60,041 bases of DNA, from IMG/VR virus record IMGVR_UViG_3300036841_000070, positions 1 to 60,041 of that record. One strand, written 5' to 3'. The notes beneath the pieces were generated by a model. That model ran no database searches. It was given only the letters and a program-made list of their open reading frames with translations, and was not told the DNA's origin. A program made the translations under genes and the position numbers. Position 1 is the stretch's first letter. Every line of letters begins with the position of its first letter. This DNA is from a virus. Its lineage: Duplodnaviria > Caudoviricetes. Below are positions 7,062 to 16,669 of this stretch, piece after piece.

Positions 7062-8604
7062 TCTGAGCGCCGACAAGAATCTCCTTGAGGATCTCCAGAA
7101 CCTCGATGAGTTGTGGAACCCCAAACCGAACCCCTACCAGCAAAACCCCATTAGCTGGGTGAAAAACGAGGCCAAGGCCGAGATTTGGTCAAAACAGGCG
7201 GAAATCTACAACTCTGTTCGTGACCACCGCTATACAGCCGTCAAAAGCTGCCACGGGCCAGGCAAGAGCTTCACAGCGGCGCACGTTGTGGCTTGGTGGC
7301 TAGCGACACAGAAAGACCCCTTTGTAGTGACCAGCGCCCCTACCAGCCATCAGGTTCGCACGATTCTGTGGCGGGAAATCCGGCGCGCCAAGAAGCTCTC
7401 TGACATGCCCGGTAAAATCACGCAGGGCCAGGTGCCGGAGTGGCGGATCGCCGATGAGCTTGTGGCTTTCGGCCGTAAGCCAGCTGACTACCTTGATCCT
7501 GTAGAAGCGAGCGCCGCCTTCCAGGGCATTCACGCCCAGAACCTGCTGGTGGTCCTCGACGAAGGCAGTGGTATCCCTGATTGGCTCGCCATGGCCACTG
7601 AGACGCTCATCACCAATGAGACCTCCAGACTTCTGATCATTGGCAACCCTGATAACCCGCTGAGCTACTTTGCGAAGTGCTTCAAGCCGGCCTCAGGGTT
7701 CCACACGATCACGATCACGGCCTTTGATACGCCCGCCTACACCGGTGAACCTGTAAGCTCTGACCTGGCAAACCGCCTAACCAGCCGAATTTGGGTGGAA
7801 GAGCGCAAGAAGCGCTGGGGTGAAGGCAGCCCGCTCTACAAGAGCAAGGTTCTGGCAGAATTTCCTGACATCACCGATGACACGGTCTTTACACCGGCGA
7901 TGCTGACAGGCGCCATCATAAACGACCGCTCCAGACACGCTGTCGACACGCCCGGCCGCTATGGCTTTGACGTAGCGCGCTTGGGCGCTGATGAGTCGGT
8001 GATTTACCACAATAAGAATGGCTATATTCGGCTGGTAGCTCGCTGGTCGAAGGTCGACACCATGGAGTCTGTGGGCCGGTTTAGGCGGCTGCACCCCAGT
8101 ACCCCACCCGAAAACACTCCGACCACGATCATCGACGTTAATGGCCTGGGTGCCGGGGTCTTTGACCGGCTTCGTGAGCTGGGCTACCCAGTAAACCCAT
8201 TTAACGGTGGTGAAAAGGCCCATAACCCCATGAAGTTCAAGAATCGGCGGGCCGAAGCCTACTGGGAAGCCCGTGAAATGTTCGAGGAAGGGCTCATCGA
8301 CATCGAGGAACTCGATGAAGACCTCCAGGCCGAACTTCTGGAGACACACTTCAAGCCGAACTCAACGGGCCAGATTCAGATCGAGTCAAAAGAGGATATC
8401 ACTCAGCGCCTGGGCCGCAGCCCGGACCGCGCCGACGCCTTCGTTATGAGTCTTCAGGCCCAAGCGACCACGGCGATCCCCACAAAAACGCGCCCAGAAC
8501 CGATAAAAACCCACAAAATCACACAAAAAACCGGCAATCACGAGCTAATCAGCCCACAAGAACCAGAAGACCTTGTTGGAGACCTAATGGACATTGAGTT
8601 TTGA
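7045..8604 (+). CDS. terL: Terminase large subunit
   Basis: Walker A SCHGPGKS, Walker B LVVLDE, motif III IGNP, nuclease GFDVARLG...D and RSPDRADA. Confidence 0.95.
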   Translation: MIMGIDLSADKNLLEDLQNLDELWNPKPNPYQQNPISWVKNEAKAEIWSKQAEIYNSVRDHRYTAVKSCHGPGKSFTAAHVVAWWLATQKDPFVVTSAPTSHQVRTILWREIRRAKKLSDMPGKITQGQVPEWRIADELVAFGRKPADYLDPVEASAAFQGIHAQNLLVVLDEGSGIPDWLAMATETLITNETSRLLIIGNPDNPLSYFAKCFKPASGFHTITITAFDTPAYTGEPVSSDLANRLTSRIWVEERKKRWGEGSPLYKSKVLAEFPDITDDTVFTPAMLTGAIINDRSRHAVDTPGRYGFDVARLGADESVIYHNKNGYIRLVARWSKVDTMESVGRFRRLHPSTPPENTPTTIIDVNGLGAGVFDRLRELGYPVNPFNGGEKAHNPMKFKNRRAEAYWEAREMFEEGLIDIEELDEDLQAELLETHFKPNSTGQIQIESKEDITQRLGRSPDRADAFVMSLQAQATTAIPTKTRPEPIKTHKITQKTGNHELISPQEPEDLVGDLMDIEF

Positions 8605-8899
8605 CATGCCGCCCGCCAGAGTCAAAGGTACAGTGCAGAGCAGCGGCCGGGACATGCCGGTTCTGCCAAATAAGCCTGATAAGCGCATTCGCCTGGTGAG
8701 TCTCAGCAGCGCTCGTGGCCCCGGCCAGGGTGCGCCACCGGCCGACCACCTAAATGTGTACCCGTTTCCGTTCCAGGGGCTGTTTCAGCCAGCACGTCAT
8801 GGGCACTACCCAGTTTTCGGTGTTGGCACCGCGCGCCGCGTCGGCGCTTGGCGTGTGGCCGGCACTGGAACTCTGGGCGGAACTCACAAGGATTACTGA
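8594..8899 (+). CDS. Hypothetical protein
   Basis: Fills the gap between terL and the next gene; start uncertain. Confidence 0.45.
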   Translation: MSFDMPPARVKGTVQSSGRDMPVLPNKPDKRIRLVSLSSARGPGQGAPPADHLNVYPFPFQGLFQPARHGHYPVFGVGTARRVGAWRVAGTGTLGGTHKDY

Positions 8900-8902
8900 G
8901 CT

Positions 8903-9124
8903 ATGAGCCACGAAACCCAGATCGGCAGCGACCAACTCGATGCTGACCCTCTGACGCCAACGACGGTACAACAAGAGGCCGACGAGGACACCGAGCCTGA
9001 CACGGACATTGACCCTGATGAGGACCCAGAGGCCGACGAGGGTGACGCTGAGCAGCCTGGTGTAGAGGGCCAGGGCTTTACCGCTGAGGACCAACCTGAC
9101 CAGGAGGCCGAGCACAGTGGCTAG
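8903..9124 (+). CDS. Highly acidic small protein
   Basis: D/E-rich 73 aa, AAGGA RBS, overlaps endolysin start. Confidence 0.6.
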   Translation: MSHETQIGSDQLDADPLTPTTVQQEADEDTEPDTDIDPDEDPEADEGDAEQPGVEGQGFTAEDQPDQEAEHSG

Positions 9125-9641
9125 AGGCTGGGTTTCAGGCCTAACGTACCAGAAGGTTCTGGATGCCAGGGTGCGCACCGTCAAAGCGGCCTGGGTTGCC
9201 TACAACAACCGGGCAAATGTGCACTACACACAAGGCCCCTCGCGCTGGTCTGGCATCAACTCTAGGAAAATGGCCTACAAGGGCCAGTACCCCACACAGG
9301 CCGACTGTAGCGCTTTTGTAACGTGGTGCATCTGGAACGGCATTCTGTTGCCATACTACTGCAAGGACACGGTCAACGGCAGCGACTGGAAGGCCGGTTA
9401 CACCGGCACGATGCTTGGCCATGGGCGGCGCAAGCAGTTCCGCGATGTGCGCAAGGGTGACGCCATCATCTATGGGCAGCCCGGCTCAACGGGTGCGCAC
9501 ACCGCCCTCGTCGTGGGCTGGTCAAAGAGGATTAGCCAGGGTGGCATCCCGATGGTGATCAGCCACGGCTCCGAGGGTGGGCCATACTACCTGCCGTACA
9601 ACTACCGCAGCGACATCATGCAATTCAGGCGGTACATCTAG
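9117..9641 (+). CDS. NlpC/P60 (CHAP-like) cysteine peptidase, probable endolysin
   Basis: ADCSAFV catalytic Cys, GD..IYG, AHTALV His, ISHG; adjacent to membrane/holin genes. Confidence 0.8.
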   Translation: MARGWVSGLTYQKVLDARVRTVKAAWVAYNNRANVHYTQGPSRWSGINSRKMAYKGQYPTQADCSAFVTWCIWNGILLPYYCKDTVNGSDWKAGYTGTMLGHGRRKQFRDVRKGDAIIYGQPGSTGAHTALVVGWSKRISQGGIPMVISHGSEGGPYYLPYNYRSDIMQFRRYI

Positions 9642-9645
9642 CGCT

Positions 9646-9801
9646 ATGGGCCTAGTTCTTGTCATTATTGGCATTGTGCTCCTAATTCTGGGGTACTTCC
9701 TGATCGGGCTGATCTGCGTCATTGTCGGCATTCTGTTGTTCTTCGTGCCTTGGGACGGCGGCTACGGCTATCACCACTACCGACGGCGGCCACCGCCGTG
9801 A
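9646..9801 (+). CDS. Small membrane protein (holin-like)
   Basis: Long hydrophobic stretch with basic C-terminal tail. Confidence 0.6.
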   Translation: MGLVLVIIGIVLLILGYFLIGLICVIVGILLFFVPWDGGYGYHHYRRRPPP

Positions 9802-9857
9802 CACTCGTAAACCTGAAACTCCCTTTCCAAATTGAGATCCCATTACTGGAGGAGCTA

Positions 9858-10082
9858 GTGGCTAGCGTCGATGAACTTAAGGCTCAGATGGCGGACGCGA
9901 AGGACAGTCTGCAATCAGCCATCGACCGGGTGCAGGCCGATGTTGAGAACCTGAAGCAGCAACTCGCTGGACAAATCAATCCTACTGACCTCGATCCGAT
10001 CAGTCAGGGTCTGGCTGACCTTAAGACCAGCCTCGACGCGCTCGACCCGGACCCCAGCAACCCTCCTCCACAGCCGGCCTGA
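9858..10082 (+). CDS. Coiled-coil hypothetical protein
   Basis: GGAGGAG RBS; heptad pattern; alternative start 9798. Confidence 0.6.
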   Translation: MASVDELKAQMADAKDSLQSAIDRVQADVENLKQQLAGQINPTDLDPISQGLADLKTSLDALDPDPSNPPPQPA

Positions 10083-10084
10083 GC

Positions 10085-10123
10085 AAGACCGCAAGAACGG
10101 CAAGCGGCAGTAACCGCGACCTT
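10085..10123. promoter_or_regulatory. Spaced palindrome copy D (AAGACCGC-N23-GCGACCTT)
   Basis: Intergenic, 23-bp spacer, degenerate arms, upstream of holin. Confidence 0.5.
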
Positions 10124-10132
10124 CCCTTCAGA

Positions 10133-10348
10133 ATGAAAGTCATCTTCCAGAAGATTTGGCGTGAACCGGCAGTGGCAATTGGTCTGCTTGCCACGATAAT
10201 TCTGGTCGTGATTAACCTTCTGGGTGAGAATAAGTGGGACTTTCAGCAAGTTGTGGCAGTTGTAGCACCGTTTCTCAGCAGTTTGGGGATTCGGCAGGCT
10301 GTAATGCCGATGGCAAAGCTCGATGATGCAACGCGCCCCGATGCATGA
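10133..10348 (+). CDS. Holin
   Basis: REP start motif, two TM helices, RQAVMP end; actinophage holin pattern. Confidence 0.7.
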   Translation: MKVIFQKIWREPAVAIGLLATIILVVINLLGENKWDFQQVVAVVAPFLSSLGIRQAVMPMAKLDDATRPDA

Positions 10349-10551
10349 CACTAGACAACCCGACACTGCTGGGAATAGCCGCTGTTATATCAGCAGTAGG
10401 TGGCATTGCCAGTACAATAGCAGCGCTCAGGAAGTCCAGAAGCGAGGAATACGAACACGCACTGAAAGAACTCAAAGAAACACGAGCCGAGGCCGAGCAG
10501 CTAGCCGAGGAGCTTCACAGACGCAAAATGGAGCACCCCGATGAGAGCTAG
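10345..10551 (+). CDS. Membrane-anchored coiled-coil protein (lysis cassette)
   Basis: N-terminal TM followed by coiled coil. Confidence 0.6.
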   Translation: MTLDNPTLLGIAAVISAVGGIASTIAALRKSRSEEYEHALKELKETRAEAEQLAEELHRRKMEHPDES

Positions 10552-10918
10552 CACCATATTGACCGTCGTTGGGGCATCGAGCTTTCTGGCCGCAGGTGGC
10601 TTCGGAACCGCTGCTGTGATAGCGCAGACCGGTGGCCCTGTCAAAACTGTCACAATCGACGTTGGTAAAGGTGAGAAAGGCGACCCCGGACCGGCTGGCC
10701 CCGCTGGCCCAGCAGGCCCGAAGGGTGATAAGGGCGACACAGGTGACAAGGGCGCTCAGGGTCCGATTGGTCTCACCGGCCCGGCTGGCCCTAAAGGCGA
10801 TCAAGGGCCTCCTGGCGGAACGACCTGCCCACAAGGCTTTGTGTTCGGTCGACTGATAATTAACCATCCTGGCGGGCAAGCTGAAATCTACACTTGCATG
10901 ACCCCGGCATCAAACTAA
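10541..10918 (+). CDS. Secreted/membrane collagen-like protein
   Basis: Signal-like N-terminus, Gly-X-Y repeats, C-terminal Cys pair. Confidence 0.75.
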   Translation: MRASTILTVVGASSFLAAGGFGTAAVIAQTGGPVKTVTIDVGKGEKGDPGPAGPAGPAGPKGDKGDTGDKGAQGPIGLTGPAGPKGDQGPPGGTTCPQGFVFGRLIINHPGGQAEIYTCMTPASN

Positions 10919-10919
10919 C

Positions 10920-11273
10920 GTGGCAATCGACTTTACACCCAAGATCGTAAACCTGAACCTGTATGCGGGCGACGGCGCTGTTTTCATGATCAATGTTAAT
11001 GGGGATTCGGGTCCGGTCGATATCACGGGGACAGTCGCTGCCCAGGTCAAGCCTTCATACGATGGAGCGACTGCGGCTGCGTTTGCTGTAGACCTTACCA
11101 ACGCAGCTTCTGGTGTAATCAAGCTTAGTATGTCGGGGGTCGATACAGCCAGCTTAGTGAATAACGGCATGGCATACACGGGAGTTTGGGACTGTCAATG
11201 GACGGCTTCTGGGGCTCAACCCAAGACTTTGGTATGCGGATCAGTCAAATGCTATCCTGATGTAACAGAATGA
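10920..11273 (+). CDS. Hypothetical virion protein (BppU-N-like beta sandwich)
   Basis: LYAGD...VDITG...G.IKL...GVWDCQ pattern. Confidence 0.55.
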   Translation: MAIDFTPKIVNLNLYAGDGAVFMINVNGDSGPVDITGTVAAQVKPSYDGATAAAFAVDLTNAASGVIKLSMSGVDTASLVNNGMAYTGVWDCQWTASGAQPKTLVCGSVKCYPDVTE

Positions 11274-11437
11274 CCTCTATCTCTGTAAATCCGACTCAAA
11301 TCACGGTGGATATGTTGAAGCCTCCTACCATCGAGGTTTCTACTGGAACAGGAGGGGCGCAAGGTCCGCCTGGTCCGCAAGGTCCACAAGGCCCGCCTGG
11401 CCCTGAAAACAACGCCTTCGCCTTCTTCAATGGCTGA
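11270..11437 (+). CDS. Short collagen-like protein (55 aa)
   Basis: ATGA overlap; [17 protein letters not shown]. Confidence 0.6.
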   Translation: MTSISVNPTQITVDMLKPPTIEVSTGTGGAQGPPGPQGPQGPPGPENNAFAFFNG

Positions 11438-11816
11438 TTCTTTCAAAGCTCTGGCAGCGGCCGACCTTCTGGTCTGGACGCCGCCACCCCAGATTCTCAT
11501 GACGCCGCTGTCGGCGATGGCGCCTGCTGAGGCACTTCCTCAGGACACGTTAGTGTACAAGGTGCCTGCTGGCTACGACGCCATCATTCGTATGATCATT
11601 GTAACATCGAGCGTCGATCCTGAACAGAATATCACGCTGCGCTGTTACACCGACGCGCTTGGGCCATTGCCGCTCTTTGGCCCGTTCGCTCTGGGGACTA
11701 ATGAGTGGGCTGAATGGACAGGAACCCTAACTCTTGAGCAGAATGGTGAAATCCGTGGCGTAACTGAGCAAGGTGAGTGCTCAATCGCCGTCTATGGCAT
11801 GGAGCACGCCGTATGA
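11430..11816 (+). CDS. Hypothetical virion protein
   Basis: Beta-rich ORF coupled to its neighbours. Confidence 0.6.
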   Translation: MADSFKALAAADLLVWTPPPQILMTPLSAMAPAEALPQDTLVYKVPAGYDAIIRMIIVTSSVDPEQNITLRCYTDALGPLPLFGPFALGTNEWAEWTGTLTLEQNGEIRGVTEQGECSIAVYGMEHAV

Positions 11817-12691
11817 GCCCGCTGACGATCTATAACGAGCTTGGTGTCCCAAAGCAGGGTTCTGGTCCGCAGGGTCCGCAAGGTGAACCTGGACCTGCTG
11901 GGCCGCAGGGCGATCCAGGACCGCAAGGCCAGCAAGGTCCGCAGGGCGATCAGGGTCAGCAAGGCATTCAAGGTCCCATTGGCCCGCAGGGACCGAGCGG
12001 CGATGGCTCTCCTGGCGATCAGGGGCCTCCTGGCCCGCAAGGCCCCGCTGGGCCGCAGGGTCCACAGGGACCGTCTGGAGTGCCAGGTGCGCAAGGTCCA
12101 AAGGGCGATACTGGTGATACAGGAGCTATCGGGCCACAAGGGCCGCAGGGACAGAAGGGCGATCCAGGAGCCCAAGGCGCTACTGGCTCAACAGGCGCTA
12201 CTGGTCCGGCAGGCCCGCAGGGACCAAAGGGCGATCAAGGGGCTGTTGGCGCTACAGGACCACAAGGTCCGCAAGGTCCGCCAGGCGCAGCCGCCTCCAC
12301 TAAGCGCAATTGGAACTTGCCAGGTGATAATTCTGGTGATAACTCAAACAACAGCACCACTACTTGGATTACCACCAAAAGCCCTGTCTTTACAGCACCC
12401 GCTAACGGCTGGTATCGGTTCGATGCTGGTTTCAACGTCGTAGTCGATACAAATGGCACGACAGCTACGATGGCGCTTATGGTCGATGCTACAGCAGCAC
12501 GCATCCAGAATGCTACAGGCAACTCGGGTTGGTTCATGCCAATCAGCATTCGTAGTACATTGCAGCTTACGACAGGCCAAAAGGTGACCATCGGCTACCG
12601 TCCTACAACTTCAGGCCGTAATGTGTCGCTAGTCAACTCAAACTCAATCATACCGCTGATCCTGGTGCAAGAGGTCGATGCGCCGTCATAG
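11813..12691 (+). CDS. Collagen triple-helix fibre protein with C1q-like C-terminal domain
   Basis: Long Gly-X-Y run; [11 protein letters not shown] and [10 protein letters not shown]1q/TNF-like motifs. Confidence 0.85.
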   Translation: MSPLTIYNELGVPKQGSGPQGPQGEPGPAGPQGDPGPQGQQGPQGDQGQQGIQGPIGPQGPSGDGSPGDQGPPGPQGPAGPQGPQGPSGVPGAQGPKGDTGDTGAIGPQGPQGQKGDPGAQGATGSTGATGPAGPQGPKGDQGAVGATGPQGPQGPPGAAASTKRNWNLPGDNSGDNSNNSTTTWITTKSPVFTAPANGWYRFDAGFNVVVDTNGTTATMALMVDATAARIQNATGNSGWFMPISIRSTLQLTTGQKVTIGYRPTTSGRNVSLVNSNSIIPLILVQEVDAPS

Positions 12692-12705
12692 GCAAAGGAG
12701 CACAG

Positions 12706-12939
12706 ATGGCCAAGAAGGATGAAGAGCAGCAGCAGGAGCAAGCCAAGCCTCTCACGACAGAGGAAGCCAAGGAAGCCGGTCAGGCTGAGCAGGAACGTCT
12801 GAACGAGGAAGCCGCCGATCAGCCGTCCTGGCCGCCCGACCCGGACCCGACCACAGTCCCGACGAACGCACCTGAGAACCCTCCCCAGCCACCGCCCGTT
12901 GAATACCCCGAGCCAGAGGAGGAGGAAGCTACAGAATAA
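12706..12939 (+). CDS. Acidic Pro-rich hypothetical protein
   Basis: AAGGAG RBS; E/P/Q-rich. Confidence 0.65.
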   Translation: MAKKDEEQQQEQAKPLTTEEAKEAGQAEQERLNEEAADQPSWPPDPDPTTVPTNAPENPPQPPPVEYPEPEEEEATE

Positions 12940-12969
12940 GCGGACCCGAACTCGATCATACCTCAGACA

Positions 12970-13027
12970 TGCTCAGCCCCGGATATACACCTCAGCGGTG
13001 AACGGGTAGGGACACCGGGGCTGAGCA
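12970..13027. repeat. Perfect 13-bp inverted repeat (intergenic stem-loop)
   Basis: TGCTCAGCCCCGG ... CCGGGGCTGAGCA, 32-nt loop. Confidence 0.7.
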
Positions 13028-13037
13028 AACCAAAACT

Positions 13038-13256
13038 ATGAGCGTAACACTATACCCAGAGACCAGCACGCAGTTCCTCGCCAGGATGATTCTGGCGACA
13101 CGCGAGCAGCATCAGATCAATAGTCGTGACGCGCAGCGCCTCAGCAACTTGGCGCAGTTCGGTCCACAGGGACCGCCAACCACGATGCCAGAGGAGCGTC
13201 GTGATGCCAGCACGCCGCCGACGCCTGTTACGGCGAAGGATTTGGTGCTTGACTAG
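13038..13256 (+). CDS. Hypothetical protein
   Basis: ORF in operon context. Confidence 0.55.
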   Translation: MSVTLYPETSTQFLARMILATREQHQINSRDAQRLSNLAQFGPQGPPTTMPEERRDASTPPTPVTAKDLVLD

Positions 13257-13546
13257 TGAGCCAAGTTCCGAACCTTCCACCACCTTGGGGTCCGAGTCGT
13301 GATCCGCACTTTGATGCTACTGGCACTTTTGAAGGGTACGGTCTACATAGCCGTGTGGACGTCCAAACGGCTATTGCCAAGGGTTGGTGGTATCGACCCG
13401 CGTGGTACGAGCGACTGCAACCCGACACCCGTCGGTGCCGCTTTCATGGCGAGATCATGTTCCCGGAACAGCCGCTATCACAAGCCGACCTCGACATCAT
13501 GTACGCGCATCAGAATGCAGGGATGGCAACAGGTCCGGTCGGATGA
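13256..13546 (+). CDS. Hypothetical protein
   Basis: Coupled to neighbours by overlapping stop/start. Confidence 0.55.
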   Translation: MSQVPNLPPPWGPSRDPHFDATGTFEGYGLHSRVDVQTAIAKGWWYRPAWYERLQPDTRRCRFHGEIMFPEQPLSQADLDIMYAHQNAGMATGPVG

Positions 13547-14919
13547 GTAACGGTTTTGGATCACGAGTTATGCCGCTGGATAGCCCCGGCTCCAGCAAGC
13601 CGCCTACTGGTGAGCAAGGCAGCTTCAGCAGTTGGGCCGGTGGCTATACGCCGCAGTGGGCCGTTCTCCAAGCTATGGATGAGCTTGAGAACAACCCTAA
13701 GCTCACTTTTCCTGAAAGCATCTATACCTACCACTCGATGCGGACTGATCCGCAGATTCAGGGCCTTTTGACGGGAGCGATTTGGCCACTTCTGCGGATG
13801 CAGTGGTATATTGACCCGAATGGCGCCAAAAAGGAGATTGTTGATAAGATCAGCGCCGACTACAATCTGCCGGTGTTCGATCCAGCTGCACCGCCACCCG
13901 TTCCTGACCCGCTAACTGGACAACTGCCGCCGTCGCCATTCAAAACTTTCCAGAAGCGCCCTGAGCAGGGTCGCTTCAACTTCCTTGAGCATCTGGAAAC
14001 TGCCATGGAAGCCATTGCCTACGGCTTTGAAATCTTCGAGCAAGTTGGCTACATCGGGGACGATGGCTTGTGGCACCTCAAGAAGCTGGCGTTGCGCCCG
14101 GCGCAGACCATCACGGAGATTCATCTGACGCAAAGTGGCGATATCGACTACGTCATGCAGTCAAACTTGATCGAGGAGCCGTTGAGCATCGACCGGCTTG
14201 TCGTGTACAGCTTCCAGAAGCGCGGAGCTAACTGGCATGGTAGGAGCCTGCTCCGTGGGTGTTATGCTCCTTGGCTTCTGAAAGACAGGGCAATGCGTGT
14301 TGGCGTCATGAACATTCAACGTGCGGGCGTTGGCACGCCAATAGCGCAGGGCCATCCAGGAGCCACTGAGGCGGACCTGCGTGTCCTGGCCGATATGACG
14401 CAGAAGCTCGTGGCAGGCGACAGATCAGGAGGGGCGATTCCATATGGGGCAACGCTCAAACTGATCGGCGTCGAGGGCGGGCAGCCTGACACAGTCGCAT
14501 TTGTCAAGCTTATGAACGAGGAGATGGCTCGCTCCTTCTTCCAGATGTTCATGCAGCTTGGTCAGACAACGTCAGGCTCCCGCGCTCTCGGTGAAACATT
14601 TGTTGAGTATCACAAGCTCGTGACGGAGTATCTCGCTGAGTGGTTCACTATGATCTTCAACGAGCATGTGATTGAGGATGACGTTGACTGGAACTACCCG
14701 GACGAGGAGTTCGTACCACTACTCGCATGGAAATGGGACGATCAGACTAGCACCAATCCACAGCTGCCTAAGAATCCAGGACAGTCGCAGCTTCCGCAAG
14801 TGGAGCCGCCGCATGGGCAACAGCCCATCACGCAGAACCCCGCCAAGCAAATGCAACAGTCGATCCAACAGGGACTGGTCCAAGTTGACCCTAAGACCCA
14901 AGCAATGGTTTTCAGCTAA
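13543..14919 (+). CDS. Portal protein (DUF935 / Mu gp29-like)
   Basis: AIAYGFEIFEQV, GRSLLRGCY..W, GSRALG motifs; position upstream of head genes. Confidence 0.88.
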   Translation: MSNGFGSRVMPLDSPGSSKPPTGEQGSFSSWAGGYTPQWAVLQAMDELENNPKLTFPESIYTYHSMRTDPQIQGLLTGAIWPLLRMQWYIDPNGAKKEIVDKISADYNLPVFDPAAPPPVPDPLTGQLPPSPFKTFQKRPEQGRFNFLEHLETAMEAIAYGFEIFEQVGYIGDDGLWHLKKLALRPAQTITEIHLTQSGDIDYVMQSNLIEEPLSIDRLVVYSFQKRGANWHGRSLLRGCYAPWLLKDRAMRVGVMNIQRAGVGTPIAQGHPGATEADLRVLADMTQKLVAGDRSGGAIPYGATLKLIGVEGGQPDTVAFVKLMNEEMARSFFQMFMQLGQTTSGSRALGETFVEYHKLVTEYLAEWFTMIFNEHVIEDDVDWNYPDEEFVPLLAWKWDDQTSTNPQLPKNPGQSQLPQVEPPHGQQPITQNPAKQMQQSIQQGLVQVDPKTQAMVFS

Positions 14920-15024
14920 CTTCACCCGGCAAACCGTGGCCGGTCGGGCGAAGCGCTCATCCAGCGGGCGGCTTGTTCTGGCGGCCCCTCCCTCCGTCAT
15001 TTCAACGCCGTCCGCCGGAGCGCT

Positions 15025-15276
15025 ATGAGAACTAACGATATCCATATCAAGATCGCAGAGGGCATCTTAGAGGCTGCTGTTCTGACAAGCAAGAAGCGTA
15101 AGAGCCTGTCAAGTTCAAGCTTCGTGTTCCCGAAGGACCGCCGCTACCCAATCCACGATAGGGCGCACGCCGCCAACGCTCTAGCCAGAGCGAGCGGCAA
15201 GCCTGAGTACAGCAAGGTTCACGCAGCAGTCTGTAGGCGCTACCCTGACCTGCCAGCATGTAAGCGGACCGGCTAA
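15025..15276 (+). CDS. Small basic head-region protein (DUF6582-like), paralog 1
   Basis: RRYPIHDRAHAANAL motif. Confidence 0.65.
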   Translation: MRTNDIHIKIAEGILEAAVLTSKKRKSLSSSSFVFPKDRRYPIHDRAHAANALARASGKPEYSKVHAAVCRRYPDLPACKRTG

Positions 15277-15489
15277 ATGAAGAGCAACGATATCAACATC
15301 GATGTGAGAGCCGACCATACGGTCAGCATGAACTATGCCATGCCAGGCAACAAGTACCCTATCACCACACGAGCGGCGGCGCGTAGCTCGATGGCTAGCG
15401 CCAAGGGTAAGCCTGAGTATGGCACCGTAGCGAAGGCAGCTTGTCGGAAATACCCTGATCTACCGGGATGCAACGCGGTCAAGACATGA
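15277..15489 (+). CDS. Small basic head-region protein, paralog 2
   Basis: Shares NDI.I, YPI, GKPEY and CR.YPDLP.C with 15025-15276. Confidence 0.65.
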   Translation: MKSNDINIDVRADHTVSMNYAMPGNKYPITTRAAARSSMASAKGKPEYGTVAKAACRKYPDLPGCNAVKT

Positions 15490-16664
15490 GCTTACAGATC
15501 GACCTCAGCGCAGGGCATCTTGAGGTCGGGCCTGAAGCCCGGCGCAAGCTCCGTGGGCTTATTCAGTACTACATGAAGAAGCCGCATCCCTTCACAGCTT
15601 GCGTCCGTGATAACACAAAGCGCTTTGGGCCGGAGGGCGCTAAGCGTGTCTGCGCCACGCTCAAGGACATCGGCGAAGGTGATAACACACATTGGCGCAA
15701 AGGCGGTCGGACGAAGGCCGAGTGGAACTTCATTACGGCGATGGCGGCCGAGGCTTTGGAGGAGCAGCACAAACCGCAACTGACGACGGTGCCAAATGTC
15801 CAAATCGTCAAGACCGGAATCGAGTACCCTCTCAGTACCGGCCCCACTACCTTCACCGCTGAAGACCTCGCTAGCGCTGTCGCTGCACAGTCCGACCCCA
15901 GCGTACCCAAGCCACGTATCTGGATTGGGCACTCCGACGACAAGCGTTTTCATGGCGAGCGGACTAGCGGGATTCCCAGCGGAGAGCCTGCTGTCGGAAA
16001 GGTCACCGACATGCGACTGGCCCAGGATGGACATCTAATCGAGGGTGATCTAACTGGTGTCCCGCGATGGCTCGCAAACATCATGGGGAGCGCCTTCCCA
16101 TCGAGGAGCATCGAAGGTCGCTTCAACGTCCAGACGCCGACTGGGAAGAAGCACCGGCTCGTCATCAATGGCTTAGCGCTGCTTGGTGTTACCTGGCCCG
16201 GTGTTATGACGCTCGACGACATCGCAACCCTATACACCGAAGCCGGTCCAAAAGTCGAGGTGATTGAAGCTACGCCTGATCTACCCATTACACTCAAACC
16301 GAAGGGCCAGCGTGCGGTCGTCGGCAAGGTCAATGTTGATGATCTACGGCGCGCTTGGTATATGGCAAACAGGTCTGATCCTGATAAGCATAATTGGTGG
16401 CTGCGCAGCATCTATGTCGAGCCCAATGAGCTTATCGTGGACGCAGACGATGGTGGCACGCTGCTCCGTCAGCAGTTCAGCATCGACGGCACCAAGGTGA
16501 CGTTCGGTGCGCCGCAACGCATCAAGGTGCAATACGTCAATGCTAGCCATGGAGGTATCGAAGCCGAGCCTATCAACGAGAATCGTCAGCATGTAGCTAC
16601 ATTCACTCAATCTACGCTCGACGTACCAATCTGGTCGAGCATCAATGTCAAGCTAGGAGGATAA
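15486..16664 (+). CDS. Probable capsid maturation protease / head assembly protein
   Basis: IWIGH, RSIEG, LALLG..PGV resemble Mu-type prohead protease; lies between portal and scaffold. Confidence 0.65.
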   Translation: MSLQIDLSAGHLEVGPEARRKLRGLIQYYMKKPHPFTACVRDNTKRFGPEGAKRVCATLKDIGEGDNTHWRKGGRTKAEWNFITAMAAEALEEQHKPQLTTVPNVQIVKTGIEYPLSTGPTTFTAEDLASAVAAQSDPSVPKPRIWIGHSDDKRFHGERTSGIPSGEPAVGKVTDMRLAQDGHLIEGDLTGVPRWLANIMGSAFPSRSIEGRFNVQTPTGKKHRLVINGLALLGVTWPGVMTLDDIATLYTEAGPKVEVIEATPDLPITLKPKGQRAVVGKVNVDDLRRAWYMANRSDPDKHNWWLRSIYVEPNELIVDADDGGTLLRQQFSIDGTKVTFGAPQRIKVQYVNASHGGIEAEPINENRQHVATFTQSTLDVPIWSSINVKLGG

Positions 16665-16669
16665 TTCAA

